Translations under genes and position numbers: made by a program
Notes under the pieces: model-generated
What the model was told of the DNA's origin: nothing
Database searches by the model: none
The model's input: only the letters and a program-made list of their open reading frames with translations
Assembly: GCA_963789265.1 (NCBI GenBank)
Contig: CAWBKB010000006.1
Coordinates: 320,001 to 384,000, forward strand
Length of the DNA: 64,000 nt
DNA from: an uncultured delta proteobacterium
GTDB taxonomy: Bacteria > Desulfobacterota > Desulfomonilia > Desulfomonilales > Desulfomonilaceae
Direction of reading: 5' to 3'
Shown: one piece after another, positions 53,684 through 64,000 of the stretch
Layout of the letters: every line of letters starts with the position of its first letter
How positions within the stretch are numbered: the first letter of the stretch is position 1

Positions 53684-56353
53684 ATGGGTGAGGATCTATT
53701 ACCCAAGGCATACGAACCCGCGGAAATCGAAAAGCGCTGGTATACTTTCTGGCTGGACCACAAATTGTTCGCGGCGCATGAAAAGCCGACCGGTAAGGAT
53801 TACTCGATCGTGATTCCTCCGCCCAACGTGACCGGTTCGCTCCACATGGGGCATGCCTTAAACAACACACTTCAAGACATTCTGATCCGTTACAAAAGAA
53901 TGAACGGTTACAATACCCTCTGGATGCCGGGAATGGACCATGCCGGAATCGCGACTCAGAACGTGGTGGAAAGGCAGCTTGCCGCAGAAGGGCTCAAACG
54001 GGAAGACCTGGGGCGGGAGAAATTCGTTGAACGGGTTTGGACTTGGAAGGCACACTCGGGAGGCGTAATCATCAACCAGCTAAAAAGGTTGGGTTGTTCC
54101 TGCGACTGGGATCGAGAACGCTTCACCATGGACGAAGGTCTTTCCAAAGCTGTTCGCGAGGTCTTTGTGCGGCTGTACGAAGAAGGACTGATCTACAAAG
54201 GGGACTACATCGTAAACTGGTGTCCGCGCTGCCACACAGCCTTATCCGATCTTGAAGTGGAGCACGAAGAGGCGCCGGGCCATCTCTGGTACATCCGCTA
54301 TCCGGTCGAGGGATCGGATGAATCCCTCATTGTTGCCACAACCCGGCCGGAGACGATGTTGGGTGATACTGCGGTTGCGGTGAACCCGGAAGATAAGCGC
54401 TACGCTCACCTCGTAGGCAAGTACGCGATACTCCCCCTGGTGGGGCGCAAGTTGAAGATCGTGGCCGATCCGATCGTAGCTATGGATTTCGGCACCGGCG
54501 CGCTGAAAGTGACACCATCCCACGACATGACCGACTTCGAAATATCGTTGCGGCACGGCCTGGAACACGTGACGATAATGGATACAAACGGGCTAATCAA
54601 TGAGAATGGCGCCCATTTCAAAGGAATGGACCGATACGAATGCCGGAAGGCGATCGTAAAGGAACTCGAAGAGAAGGGCTTTCTGGTGAAGATAGAGCCT
54701 TATGCGCTGGGGCTCGGCCGGTGCTACCGCTGCAAAGAGGTGGTAGAGCCGCTCATCTCCAAACAGTGGTTCGTGAAAGTGGCGCCGCTGGCGGAAAAGG
54801 CCCTAAAGGCAGTGCAAGACGGTTCTACGAGAATTATTCCGGAACATTGGACCAAGACTTACTACGAATGGATGAACAATATTCGCGATTGGTGCGTTTC
54901 CCGCCAAATCTGGTGGGGGCATCGTATACCCGCGTGGACATGCCAAGACTGTGAGCAGGTGATCGTAGCTCGAGAAGAGCCCTCGGAATGTCCTTCCTGC
55001 AACGGGTCCCGCCTGGTTCAAGAGACGGACGTGCTGGACACTTGGTTCTCGTCCGCTCTTTGGCCCTTTTCGACAATGGGCTGGCCGGAGATAACACCTC
55101 TGCTCAAAACGTTTTACCCCACCTCGTGCCTTGTCACCGGTTTTGACATTCTCTTCTTTTGGGTTGCGCGCATGATGATGATGGGGCTCAAATTCATGGA
55201 TGATGTGCCTTTCAGGGAGGTTTACATTCATGCCCTGGTAAGGGACGAGCTGGGCAAAAAGATGAGCAAGTCCCTGGGTAATGTGATCGATCCGCTCATG
55301 ATCATGGACAAATTCGGCACGGATGCTTTCAGATTCACTCTGGCCGCTCTCGCTGCTCAGGGTCGAGATATTCGTCTGTCAGAGACGCGCATCGAGGGAT
55401 ACCGCAACTTCATGAACAAGATCTGGAACGCGGTCCGTTTCTCGTTGCCTTATCTCATCGGCCTTGACCAAGACGTATCTCCGGAACCGGCTGAGGTGCT
55501 CTCTCTCCCCGAGAGATGGATACTTTCCCGTCTGAACAGGACAGTTCGGGAAGTGCGGCAAGCCATAGAGGGATACCGCTTCAACGACGCGGCCCAGGCC
55601 CTCTATCATTTCACCTGGCATGAATTCTGCGACTGGTACATCGAAGCGGCCAAGATTCCGCTGAGCGGCGACGATCCCCAAAGGGCTCAGCGGTCCGCGG
55701 TTGTCTTGCGCCACGTGCTCGATTCGCTCATGCGCCTGCTTCACCCATTTATCCCGTTTATCACAGAAGAAATTGCGTCCAAGATTATCCCGGACCGAAC
55801 GAGCGTCATGCACGGGCCATTCCCGGAAGTGGATCTGTCAAGGATAGATTCCGATGCCGAGCGGGAAATGGGTATCCTCATGGGCGTAATTGGCGGAGTG
55901 CGCAACATAAGGGCCGAAATGAATCTCCCGCCTGCGAAGGCGCTGCCGGTCGTTGTCGCACCTTCCTCAGAAGAAGAGCGCAGGCCGGTGGATGCGAACA
56001 GAATTATGATCAGTTCGCTGGGGAGAGTATCCGAATTCACGCTTGGAGCGGCAGGGGAAAACCGCGAACCGCCCAGCATGTCTGCCACCGCGGTTGTCGG
56101 GGACATGCGTATCTTTGTCCCGCTCGAAGGAATTGTGGACCCGGATGCAGAAATAACGCGTCTGACGAAGGAATTGGCCAAGACTTCCAGGGAGTTGGAG
56201 AGCGTTGACAAGAAGCTGTCAAATGCCGATTTTATGGCTAAGGCCAATCCTGAAGCCATTCAGAAGCAAAAGGACCGGCAATCCGAGTTATCGGCAAAAC
56301 TGGCCGGGCTCGGCGAGGGACTGGAAAAGATGCGAAGCCTAAAAGTGGGGTAG
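53684..56353 (+). CDS. valS: Valine--tRNA ligase
   Basis: PPPNVTGSLHMGHA, DWCVSRQIWWGH, KMSKS and a C-terminal coiled coil. Confidence 0.98.
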   Translation: MGEDLLPKAYEPAEIEKRWYTFWLDHKLFAAHEKPTGKDYSIVIPPPNVTGSLHMGHALNNTLQDILIRYKRMNGYNTLWMPGMDHAGIATQNVVERQLAAEGLKREDLGREKFVERVWTWKAHSGGVIINQLKRLGCSCDWDRERFTMDEGLSKAVREVFVRLYEEGLIYKGDYIVNWCPRCHTALSDLEVEHEEAPGHLWYIRYPVEGSDESLIVATTRPETMLGDTAVAVNPEDKRYAHLVGKYAILPLVGRKLKIVADPIVAMDFGTGALKVTPSHDMTDFEISLRHGLEHVTIMDTNGLINENGAHFKGMDRYECRKAIVKELEEKGFLVKIEPYALGLGRCYRCKEVVEPLISKQWFVKVAPLAEKALKAVQDGSTRIIPEHWTKTYYEWMNNIRDWCVSRQIWWGHRIPAWTCQDCEQVIVAREEPSECPSCNGSRLVQETDVLDTWFSSALWPFSTMGWPEITPLLKTFYPTSCLVTGFDILFFWVARMMMMGLKFMDDVPFREVYIHALVRDELGKKMSKSLGNVIDPLMIMDKFGTDAFRFTLAALAAQGRDIRLSETRIEGYRNFMNKIWNAVRFSLPYLIGLDQDVSPEPAEVLSLPERWILSRLNRTVREVRQAIEGYRFNDAAQALYHFTWHEFCDWYIEAAKIPLSGDDPQRAQRSAVVLRHVLDSLMRLLHPFIPFITEEIASKIIPDRTSVMHGPFPEVDLSRIDSDAEREMGILMGVIGGVRNIRAEMNLPPAKALPVVVAPSSEEERRPVDANRIMISSLGRVSEFTLGAAGENREPPSMSATAVVGDMRIFVPLEGIVDPDAEITRLTKELAKTSRELESVDKKLSNADFMAKANPEAIQKQKDRQSELSAKLAGLGEGLEKMRSLKVG

Positions 56354-56437
56354 CGTACCGGGAACAGCATCTTCGGAGCGCACTAAGTACAGCGTTTCAC
56401 AAGTACGGTGCCACTTGCACGGTAGTGCCGGCGCCAC

Positions 56438-56646
56438 GGGACTGTCTCAAAAACGATGAAGCGGTCGGAATCGTAGCACGAATCCCTCACCCTGTATCCC
56501 TCTCCCAGAGAGCGAGGGAAGTGCAAAACTGCCCTGGATCTGCTCCCTCTCCCTCTGGGAGAGGGTTGGGGTGAGGGCGACGACTATAGGAATGAGCCTG
56601 AATCGTGGCACGATTCTGGTCATCAAAATAGTTCTGAGACACTTTC
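56438..56646. mobile_element. Non-autonomous MITE with IS1182-type ends (209 bp)
   Basis: Ends gggactgtctcaaaa / ttctgagacactttc resemble the IRs of the IS at 21113-22789; internal ccctcaccc...gggtgaggg REP. Confidence 0.7.
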
Positions 56647-56782
56647 TCCCTGCCGGCGGATCATCGGCGACCCCGCGTCGCGCGGGGAGGCCGGTCCTAC
56701 CAAAAGAGTTGCGACTACAGTTATCATGTGCATCAGATTACGGGACCGTATTTAGGAAATCAGGTACCAAGGCGGAGCATTC

Positions 56783-57523
56783 ATGCGGCTGGTCATTCAT
56801 AAACAGGTGGCATCTACACAGGACTTGGCCAAAGACTTGGCAGTTCGGGGCGAGCCCGAAGGGCTTGCCATCATGGCGCTGGCACAGACAAAAGGTCGAG
56901 GCAGATCTGGCCATGTGTGGGTGTCTCCTCCGGAAAAGAATCTGGCCATGTCAATGATATTGCGGCCTCGTCTGGCTCCCGAAGAAGCCCCGCTGTTGGG
57001 GCTGATGGCGTCAATTGTGGTGGCGGAAGTGGTTGAAGCTGCGATCGGGAGAGCCGTGCAACTCAAGTGGCCGAATGATGTGCTCGTGGACGGGAGAAAG
57101 ATCGCTGGAATTTTGCCTGAGGCCAGCCTGAACAGCCATGAAATCAAATTCGTTATCATTGGGATCGGCCTTAATGTGAACGCGAGTCTGACAGATTTTT
57201 CGCCTGATTTGAGGGATTCGATCACCTCAATGCTGCTGCTGAGCGCCGGAAGGCACTGGGATCTCGAGGCGATTGCCAGGGATTTGTTGGAAAGAATGGA
57301 TTCCCTGTATCGCCGCGTTGAGAGGGAAGGGTGCGATTTAATACCCGATCTTTGGACCGCCAGATGGGGCCACAAGAAGGCTCGATTGGTCCGGGCCTCC
57401 GTGCCTTACACGGCAGAAGGCCTCGATGCTGATGGAGCCCTTCTGATCAGATCCAGGAGCGGCGAATTGGAACGCCTGACTTCGGCGGAATCAGAGTTGG
57501 TCTGGCCGGACTTGCGAAGATGA
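56783..57523 (+). CDS. birA: Biotin--[acetyl-CoA carboxylase] ligase (no HTH)
   Basis: STQD, QTKGRGRSG..W, LKWPND, KIAGIL and GIGLNV motifs. Confidence 0.93.
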   Translation: MRLVIHKQVASTQDLAKDLAVRGEPEGLAIMALAQTKGRGRSGHVWVSPPEKNLAMSMILRPRLAPEEAPLLGLMASIVVAEVVEAAIGRAVQLKWPNDVLVDGRKIAGILPEASLNSHEIKFVIIGIGLNVNASLTDFSPDLRDSITSMLLLSAGRHWDLEAIARDLLERMDSLYRRVEREGCDLIPDLWTARWGHKKARLVRASVPYTAEGLDADGALLIRSRSGELERLTSAESELVWPDLRR

Positions 57524-57591
57524 CGTGACGGTAACCGCCCTATTTGAGCAGTATTACAAACTGGTGGGACAATTCATGTGAAGGAGTGAAC

Positions 57592-58359
57592 ATGGGAACG
57601 ACAAGAGCTATTTGTAGGCTTCCTGTCATTGTAGTTGTGTTAGTCCTGCTGGCCTGCGCAGGGTTCAGCGCCTGGGGGCTTTATTCCTGGCTGTGGCCCA
57701 AAGTCGAAACTACCGTTCAATTTGTGGTCGACAAGTACGACGCTTTGGTTCCCGAAATCACCATTCACGACGGGACCGCAACGATCAGTGCCCCGCAGCC
57801 CTACTACGTCAAAACCGGGGACAAGAATGTAGCTGTGGTCATAGACACACGAGAAAACAAGGAGAAGGACGCATTGGACTATTTGAAGGGAGTCCAGGCG
57901 GGCGCGGTGCTCACCAGAGAAAGTGTGGTCACGAAGAGCCAGGGGCAAATCCGCATACTTCCCCTGAAAAACGCCCCTAACTTTGTTATGAATTCTCGCA
58001 ATATTAGAGCTCTTTTCACACGATACGGGCCCATCGCCACGCGCCTTGTCATTCTTGTGCTCGTAATCTATTTTCTTGTTGTAAAACCCCTCGAAGCAAT
58101 AATTCTAGCACTGATCCCGTACTTGGGGGCCCGTTCCTATTCCGTGCGCCTCAATTACGGTGAGGCAATCAAGATTGCTGTGGTGGCTATGATTCCGTCA
58201 GTGACCTTGGATCTGTTTCTTGACCTTTCGGGAATCAGGATTCCCATGCCGATCGTAATCTATTTTGGTTTGTACTTTGCCCTGCTTTTCCTTGCTGTGT
58301 GGGACCTCGTCCGAAGCGAGCCTTCGCCGGCCGGCCCCTCCACCACGATAAACCCTTAG
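57592..58359 (+). CDS. Membrane protein (DUF1189-like)
   Basis: N-terminal TM, PEITIHDG, VVIDT and several C-terminal TM segments. Confidence 0.6.
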   Translation: MGTTRAICRLPVIVVVLVLLACAGFSAWGLYSWLWPKVETTVQFVVDKYDALVPEITIHDGTATISAPQPYYVKTGDKNVAVVIDTRENKEKDALDYLKGVQAGAVLTRESVVTKSQGQIRILPLKNAPNFVMNSRNIRALFTRYGPIATRLVILVLVIYFLVVKPLEAIILALIPYLGARSYSVRLNYGEAIKIAVVAMIPSVTLDLFLDLSGIRIPMPIVIYFGLYFALLFLAVWDLVRSEPSPAGPSTTINP

Positions 58360-58372
58360 GACCGGTGAACTC

Positions 58373-58573
58373 ATGGAATTCTTTCTCTGCGTGATCGGAA
58401 TGGTGTTAGTAGTCGAGGGTATGCCGTATTTTGCGTTCCCGGAAAAGATGAAGGAATTCATGGAAACAATTCACGGGCAAGAGGATGCTACTCTGCGGAT
58501 TATCGGAGGTACCCTTATCATACTAGGACTGCTGATTTTGTTGGTTGCGCGAAAGGGCCTCGGCTCTGCATGA
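58373..58573 (+). CDS. DUF2065 (YjeT-like) small membrane protein
   Basis: GMVLVVEGMPYFAFP...LRIIG. Confidence 0.85.
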   Translation: MEFFLCVIGMVLVVEGMPYFAFPEKMKEFMETIHGQEDATLRIIGGTLIILGLLILLVARKGLGSA

Positions 58574-59704
58574 AACTGGACGAACCGAAGACCAAAGGTC
58601 CGTTTCCCGAGCAATCTAACGCAAACACTCCTCACAGCTTCCGCCTCCATACCTATACTTATGGATTGCCCCCGGAACTGATCGCCCAAGAACCTGCACC
58701 GGTCAGGGACGAGTCCCGATTATTGGCGCTTCACCGATACACAGGGGAAATTCTACACCACAAATTCAGAGACCTGCCTTCTTTGCTGCATCCCTCAGAT
58801 CTGCTTGTAATAAACGAAACCAAGGTGACGCCAGCTTCTTTAGTCGCTCGCAAGGCAAGCGGCGGCCGCGTGGACCTCCTCGTTCTGGATCCCGCGAGGG
58901 CGGGAGCGACAAGGAGTCCGGACAGCCTTGCAGTACGCACTTGCCTGGTTCGGTCAAGCAAAAGGCTTAGACAGGGGGATGCGATCCAAATTGAGACCGG
59001 GCCGGAAATAACGGTGGAAGAAATCATTGCGCCCGGTCGAGTTCGGGTACGCTTCCCGGTGCCGGAGGATGGCTTCTTGAGCCTGCTTGAACTCTACGGC
59101 CGGCCGCCGCTCCCTCCGTACATTAAGGCCGAGCCCGGGCGCGAAAGGAGTGATCGAGAGCGTTACCAGAACCGTTTACGCTAAAGTTCCCGGATCGGTG
59201 GCCGCTCCCACTGCCGGACTTCACTTCACTGAAAGACTTCTCGAAGAACTTCAAGAAAGAGGCGTAAGCATAGTCAGGATACGCCTTCAGGTGGGGCCGG
59301 GGACGTTCACCCCCGTTCGAGTAGAAGACATTCGGCTCCATCGCATGGAATCGGAATCTTACGAGATCTCCGAATTCGCGGCCTGCTCCATTGCGAAAGC
59401 TTACAAGGCTGGGCGCCGCATAATTGCCGTGGGAACTACCACCGTCAGGGCTCTGGAATCCGCAACAATCGAGGAGGGTCTTGTAAGGGCGGGTAAAGGT
59501 GAAACAGACCTTTTCATACTGCCGGGACACTCGTTCAAAGTGGTTCGGGGTATGGTCACCAATTTCCACCTCCCGGGATCCACTTTGCTGATGCTGGCAT
59601 GTGCGCTGGGGGGAATCGATCTGGTGATGAACGCGTATCGCGAGGCAGTCACGGAAAGGTATCGCTTTTTCAGTTACGGAGACGCGTGCTTAATAGTTGA
59701 TTAA
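58570..59704 (+). CDS. queA: S-adenosylmethionine:tRNA ribosyltransferase-isomerase; one extra base at ~59170
   Basis: LPPELIAQEP, PLPPYI, RYQ/TVYA, SVAAPTAGLHF, VGTTTVRALE, TNFHLP and RFFSYGDA motifs. Confidence 0.95.
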
Positions 59705-59994
59705 TTTGAATAAATAGGTGTCCCAAAAAAGGCGGGACCCCCTCCGGGGCATCGGGTAGGACGCTTGGCGGGAGTCTCAGGAAGGATATTTTGGTAGGAC
59801 TGATGCAGGTGGGCAACTTCTAGTAGGATAGGGTTTACTTGTCAAGTCTTTTTTTATGAAAAAGAGTCATCCACGCGTGAAAACAGGATCATAAGGTTAG
59901 CCGCGCCGAAGTAGGCGTTATCTTCCCTCTCTATGATGATTTATAAATCCGATATCTATGTGGTATCCTGGAATTAATAAATCTGAATAATATA

Positions 59995-60024
59995 TTGACA
60001 TCACAGCTTATTTGTATGTATAAT
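59995..60024 (+). promoter_or_regulatory. Consensus sigma70 promoter
   Basis: TTGACA-18 nt-TATAAT. Confidence 0.75.
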
Positions 60025-60079
60025 GGCGAAATCATCAAAATATTCGGTAGACAACACATTAAAGCTAAGGAGAGCTTGC

Positions 60080-60502
60080 ATGCGAAGACCCCTGTGGAAA
60101 ACCGTCGGCATCATGGCCCTATTCTCCGCCGTTCCCGCCCTATGTTTCGCGGGGTCGGCAGGGGCCGGAACTAACTCTCAGGAATTTGATAAAACACCCA
60201 GGCCGAGTGTGTCTCAAGCGAACAGCCGCGGCGGAGCTTGCCAGAATAACCCGACCGCGGCGATAAAGCTGACCGGTCCTAAGCTGAAAGCTCCCGGTAA
60301 GCTCACGCCTCTGTACCCTCCAAATGTGGCACGTAATCCGGGGACCTCGCAGGGCGGGACGACCGGCCTTGCCGCCATCCTTCACTTCCTGCTCCCGGCC
60401 AAGGGGGACCTTGATAAGTACTTTAAAGCGAAGGACAAAGCATTCCGGGACCGTAGCAGATCAGGGGGGAACCCGTTTCGGAGCAGTGACGCCAAACAGT
60501 GA
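60080..60502 (+). CDS. Hypothetical exported protein
   Basis: AAGGAG RBS, signal peptide MRRPLWKTVGIMALFSAVPALCFA and a strong upstream promoter. Confidence 0.65.
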   Translation: MRRPLWKTVGIMALFSAVPALCFAGSAGAGTNSQEFDKTPRPSVSQANSRGGACQNNPTAAIKLTGPKLKAPGKLTPLYPPNVARNPGTSQGGTTGLAAILHFLLPAKGDLDKYFKAKDKAFRDRSRSGGNPFRSSDAKQ

Positions 60503-60584
60503 ATCGGACCACAGGGGAAACGCTTGAGGCGAGCCGATTGCCGGAATTCCTTTTTTTCGTTCACAGTCATGCGTTGGCGCATAG

Positions 60585-60761
60585 GCGTTAACTTAACCCC
60601 GCGAGACGTGGGGTTCCCCCCTTTCGTAAAGGGGGGCCAGGGGGGATTTTGGGATAACTACTTGAAAATCCCCCTAAATCCCCCTTTATAAGGGGGGACT
60701 TTGATCGCCCTCGGCCTGCATGGACCTCCCGAAAAGGAACGAAATTGCCTTAACTTAACGC
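60585..60761. repeat. MITE-like element with an internal cccccttt...aaagggggg REP
   Basis: IR gcgttaacttaa / ttaacttaacgc; inner palindromic C/G-run units. Confidence 0.7.
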
Positions 60762-60845
60762 GAAAATGCGTTCGCGGGATTCCCACCAATCTGAACTAAG
60801 TGTCAACGCGAAATGCGTATGGCGATAATTCCTTCGAGAACCGCT

Positions 60846-61536
60846 CTAATTTCCGGGCGATTCGGATCGACTTAAAACTACCAGCGCGTCCACAGCTACA
60901 GGTTTTCCGCCCTTGAGTATTAAGGGATTGATGTCTATTTCTTTTATTGGTTCGTTTCTCAATCCCGATATCTCCGAGCTTGATCAGTATGCCGCTCAAC
61001 ATATCCGTGTCCGCGGCTTCCATACCTCGGATGGCTTCCAGGATTTTGTGGCCCTTGATTTCCCGCATCATATCGTCCGCGTCTCGGGGCTTGAGAGGCG
61101 CAAGGCGAAACGATACATCCTTCAGGATTTCGGTAAAAATGCCCCCCAAGCCGAACATGACGCACGGGCCGAACTGGGGGTCTCGGGTCAAGCCGGCCAT
61201 AAGCTCTCGTTGCCCCTTGATCATTTCCTGAACAAGAATGCCGCCCGGCATTCCGTTCATTCTTGTCTTTATCTCGCGGAATGCGGCGACGGCTTCGCTT
61301 TCGGTCCTGATGTCAAGCCGTATTATGTTGGTTTCCGTCTTGTGACTAATTTCGGAGGAACACCCCTTTAACACAAGAGGATAGCCTATCTTTCGTGCAG
61401 CGGAAATGAGATCTTTCTCATCCTCCACGAGCACTTCTCTCGTCACAGGGATGCCGTACCCGGCCAGCAACTGTTTGGATTCGTATTCCGACAGCACATG
61501 TCTGCCCGTACTGAGGGCCTCTTGAATTATCTGCAT
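60846..61536 (-). CDS. ADP-forming acyl-CoA synthetase beta subunit (ATP-grasp); one extra base at ~60956
   Basis: LSEYESKQLL, GYPLVLK, HKTE, DPQFGP and GLGGIFTE motifs; corrected C-terminus NEPIKEIDINPL...AVDALV. Confidence 0.88.
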
Positions 61537-62165
61537 TTTTTGCCTCCTACCCATCTTTATATCTTGCGAGAAACTGTTTGCGCAACCTCATCCGCGCGCG
61601 CAGAGGGTACGTTTCCGCAGGAAGTTTGAAATTCGGCATCCAGTCCCATACGCAAGCCAGGATAGTCTATTGGATTGGAGGATTACCAGGGGATTCTATC
61701 AATCACCCCACGGCCGCGGTCGCCTCTCCACCGAAAGTGGATTCCCTCAACGTCCGGATCCCGGCTTTGGCAGCAAGATGTACGATTTCTCTTGATTCCT
61801 TTGACCCAAACGTTTAGAGGTGTATTATTATGACAGTTGAATCAGGAGGGAGGCCTTAGTGAGTCCTCCGATCTCTTGATTCGTTATGACATCCACCTGA
61901 ATGACTGTCCCCCGAAATAAATTGTCCGATTCGGAGAACAAAGGGGTGAACGCTCGGGGCGAGGTATTGGGATAATTTTGCCGCGAGGTTGTTCCCGGAC
62001 CGGAAGGTGGTGTAGCATACAGAGGTCCTGTTCCCAACAGTCTATCAAGATGACAATCCGCAGAATGGACATCGATTCTAACCGCAGGTTATAAGTAGTT
62101 GATACAGTGAATCCGGCAATAGACCTGATTCTCAAGGCAAGCGCATCCAGGCCAAGGAGAAAACA

Positions 62166-62918
62166 ATGCCCAAGAAGCCTCCCAGACGGGATCCTATTAT
62201 CGTATACAAAAGAGAAGAAAAAGGCCTGAAGCCGTTTCTCCCTAAGGCCAGAGGAGGATTTCGCTTTGGGCCCCCGCAACGCCCCCAATCCAGGCCCAAA
62301 AAGCCCAAAGAGACCAAGGCGGTCATTCCTGAGAAGGTGCGCTTCCATGCCGCGAATCTGGCGGAAATAGAAGCTTTGCCTTCACCTCAGAAAGAGATAA
62401 CATCAGCTTGCTATTACCTGTGCTTTTTGGTGCATGAGACGAAGACCAGCACAGATCTTTTTCCGCTCAAACACAATGTGCTCGAGAAGATATTCAAGAG
62501 CGGGCACAATTGTCTGACGGTGAACTACGTCCGTCGAGGCGACAAAGAGATTTACAGCCTTTCGCCCGAGGCCAAGAAGACCTGGGAGGCCGAGACCGGT
62601 GGGAACAAGCATCATGTGCGAATGTATCTTTCCTCGAAGTGCAAAGTGGAGTTCGAAGAAGGCTATTTTGACCTCTACCATTTCCATATAGTGATCGAGC
62701 CATTCCGTTTCTCTTTCTACCTTCCGATTCATCAGGCGCCTTGGCTGGATAAGAGGCGTCTCTCCAAGAGACGTTTTCATTACCCGCAGACCGTTGAATA
62801 CGGGCTCGTCCGGGGCAAAGTAATTACCACTTCCCGAAAAGCTACAATGGTGCCGTTGGAACACATAAAGGCGGAGCTTCAAAAACTATTGGATTTGGAC
62901 GTAGAGAAGAAACGTTGA
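62166..62918 (+). CDS. Hypothetical basic protein
   Basis: AAGGAG RBS, 250-aa ORF with a Pro/Lys-rich N-terminus. Confidence 0.7.
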   Translation: MPKKPPRRDPIIVYKREEKGLKPFLPKARGGFRFGPPQRPQSRPKKPKETKAVIPEKVRFHAANLAEIEALPSPQKEITSACYYLCFLVHETKTSTDLFPLKHNVLEKIFKSGHNCLTVNYVRRGDKEIYSLSPEAKKTWEAETGGNKHHVRMYLSSKCKVEFEEGYFDLYHFHIVIEPFRFSFYLPIHQAPWLDKRRLSKRRFHYPQTVEYGLVRGKVITTSRKATMVPLEHIKAELQKLLDLDVEKKR

Positions 62919-62946
62919 TTCTCAAAGGGGCCCGATTAGGGCCTCT

Positions 62947-64000
62947 TCACGAGACACCGCACTCCCGGGAGATAATGGTCTGAAGTATTTCCGAAGTGCC
63001 GCCACCGAAGAGCAGGAACCTGCAATCTCTGTAGTAGCGCTGGACGTCGTATTCCATCGAGTAGCTGTACGCTCCGAATATGCGGGTCGCTTCATCGGAT
63101 GCGCGGCAAGCAACTTCAGAAGCGAAGTACTTCGCCATAGACGCTTCCTTGAGAGCGCGTTCGCCACGATCCACCATTTCTGCCGCTTTGTAAATCATCA
63201 AGTGTGAGGCCCATATTTCAGTAGCCATATTGGCAATCTTCTGCTGGATCAGTTGAAAGCTGCCGATTCTTTTTCCAAATTGCGATCGTTCCAGGGAATA
63301 GCGTTTCGATTGGTCGTACGCGGCCCGTGCCAGTCCCAGAGATAGAGCCCCGGTCATCACCCGGATGACTGCCAATATCCGCAAGAGGTTGCCCACGCCT
63401 TGCCCCTCTTTCCCTAACCTATTCTCCAATGGTACGCGTACGTCCGTGAAAGCGAGCTCCGAAACTTCCGTGGCTAAGGTACCAAGCTTATCGAACTTTT
63501 TGGACACATAAAGTCCGGGAGTATCCCGCTCGATGAGAAAGAAATTCAAGCCCCTTAGTCCCTTGGACTTGTCGGCCTGACAGAGAACCGTGAAGAAGTC
63601 TGCCACAGGAGCGTTCGTAATCCAGGTTTTGGAGCCATTGATAAGCCAGGAGTCGCCATCCAGGCGAGCCGTGGTCTTGACTCCGGCCAGATCCGTAGCC
63701 GCGTCAGCCTCTGTCAATGCAAAGGAGGCAACTTTCTCGCCGCGGATAGCCGGCTTCAACATCCGTTCGTGCTGTTCGGGGGTCCCGTACTCAAAAAGAA
63801 AGTTTGTTCCCATCAAGCACTGCATTGCGGTGAACGCGGCTACGCTCATGGACCCGCGCGCCAACTCTTCTACCATCGTACAGAACTGCACGGTATTTCC
63901 CCCGGCTCCGCCGACCGATCTCGGATAACGTATTCCGTAAGCACCGGTCTTGGCTATTTTTTGGAACATCCAACGGGGAAACTTCTCGGCCTCGTCCATT
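62947..64000 (-). CDS. Acyl-CoA dehydrogenase (5' end beyond the window)
   Basis: FALTEADAATD, NGSKTWITN, RIFGAYSY and GGTSEIL motifs. Confidence 0.93.
   Translation of the reverse strand, partial: MDEAEKFPRWMFQKIAKTGAYGIRYPRSVGGAGGNTVQFCTMVEELARGSMSVAAFTAMQCLMGTNFLFEYGTPEQHERMLKPAIRGEKVASFALTEADAATDLAGVKTTARLDGDSWLINGSKTWITNAPVADFFTVLCQADKSKGLRGLNFFLIERDTPGLYVSKKFDKLGTLATEVSELAFTDVRVPLENRLGKEGQGVGNLLRILAVIRVMTGALSLGLARAAYDQSKRYSLERSQFGKRIGSFQLIQQKIANMATEIWASHLMIYKAAEMVDRGERALKEASMAKYFASEVACRASDEATRIFGAYSYSMEYDVQRYYRDCRFLLFGGGTSEILQTIISRECGVS

Overview
This 64 kb window comes from a sulfate/sulfite-reducing deltaproteobacterium; the gene content and dsr sequences look Desulfomonile-like, which is an inference. 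From left to right it holds a dienelactone hydrolase, a probable UxxC selenoprotein (thioredoxin fold plus TPR, split at a UGA in the ORF track), a decayed toxin-antitoxin array, a radical SAM gene with rng, and a sigma54-controlled CoA-dependent catabolic cluster. That cluster comprises a PAS kinase, an NtrC-type regulator, a PaaK-like ligase, DUF35, a thiolase, two divergent DUF2148 Fe-S proteins and an acyl-CoA dehydrogenase. Next come dsrABD, an IS1182-family element with a 4-bp target duplication upstream of dsrA, tandem cobB/dsrN paralogs, a DinG/YoaA helicase and an Mla-type ABC transporter. The rest is largely housekeeping: glgC, mreB with a highly structured ~200-nt leader, a SurA-like gene, mfd, HU, an ECF sigma locus, rpoH, USP, valS, birA, queA and others. 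Intergenic DNA is dense with nested MITE/REP/mini-hairpin repeats. About ten genes, including dsrA and queA, carry 1-2 nt frameshifts that look like long-read assembly errors rather than biology. All family calls come from motif recognition by eye; no database search was run.
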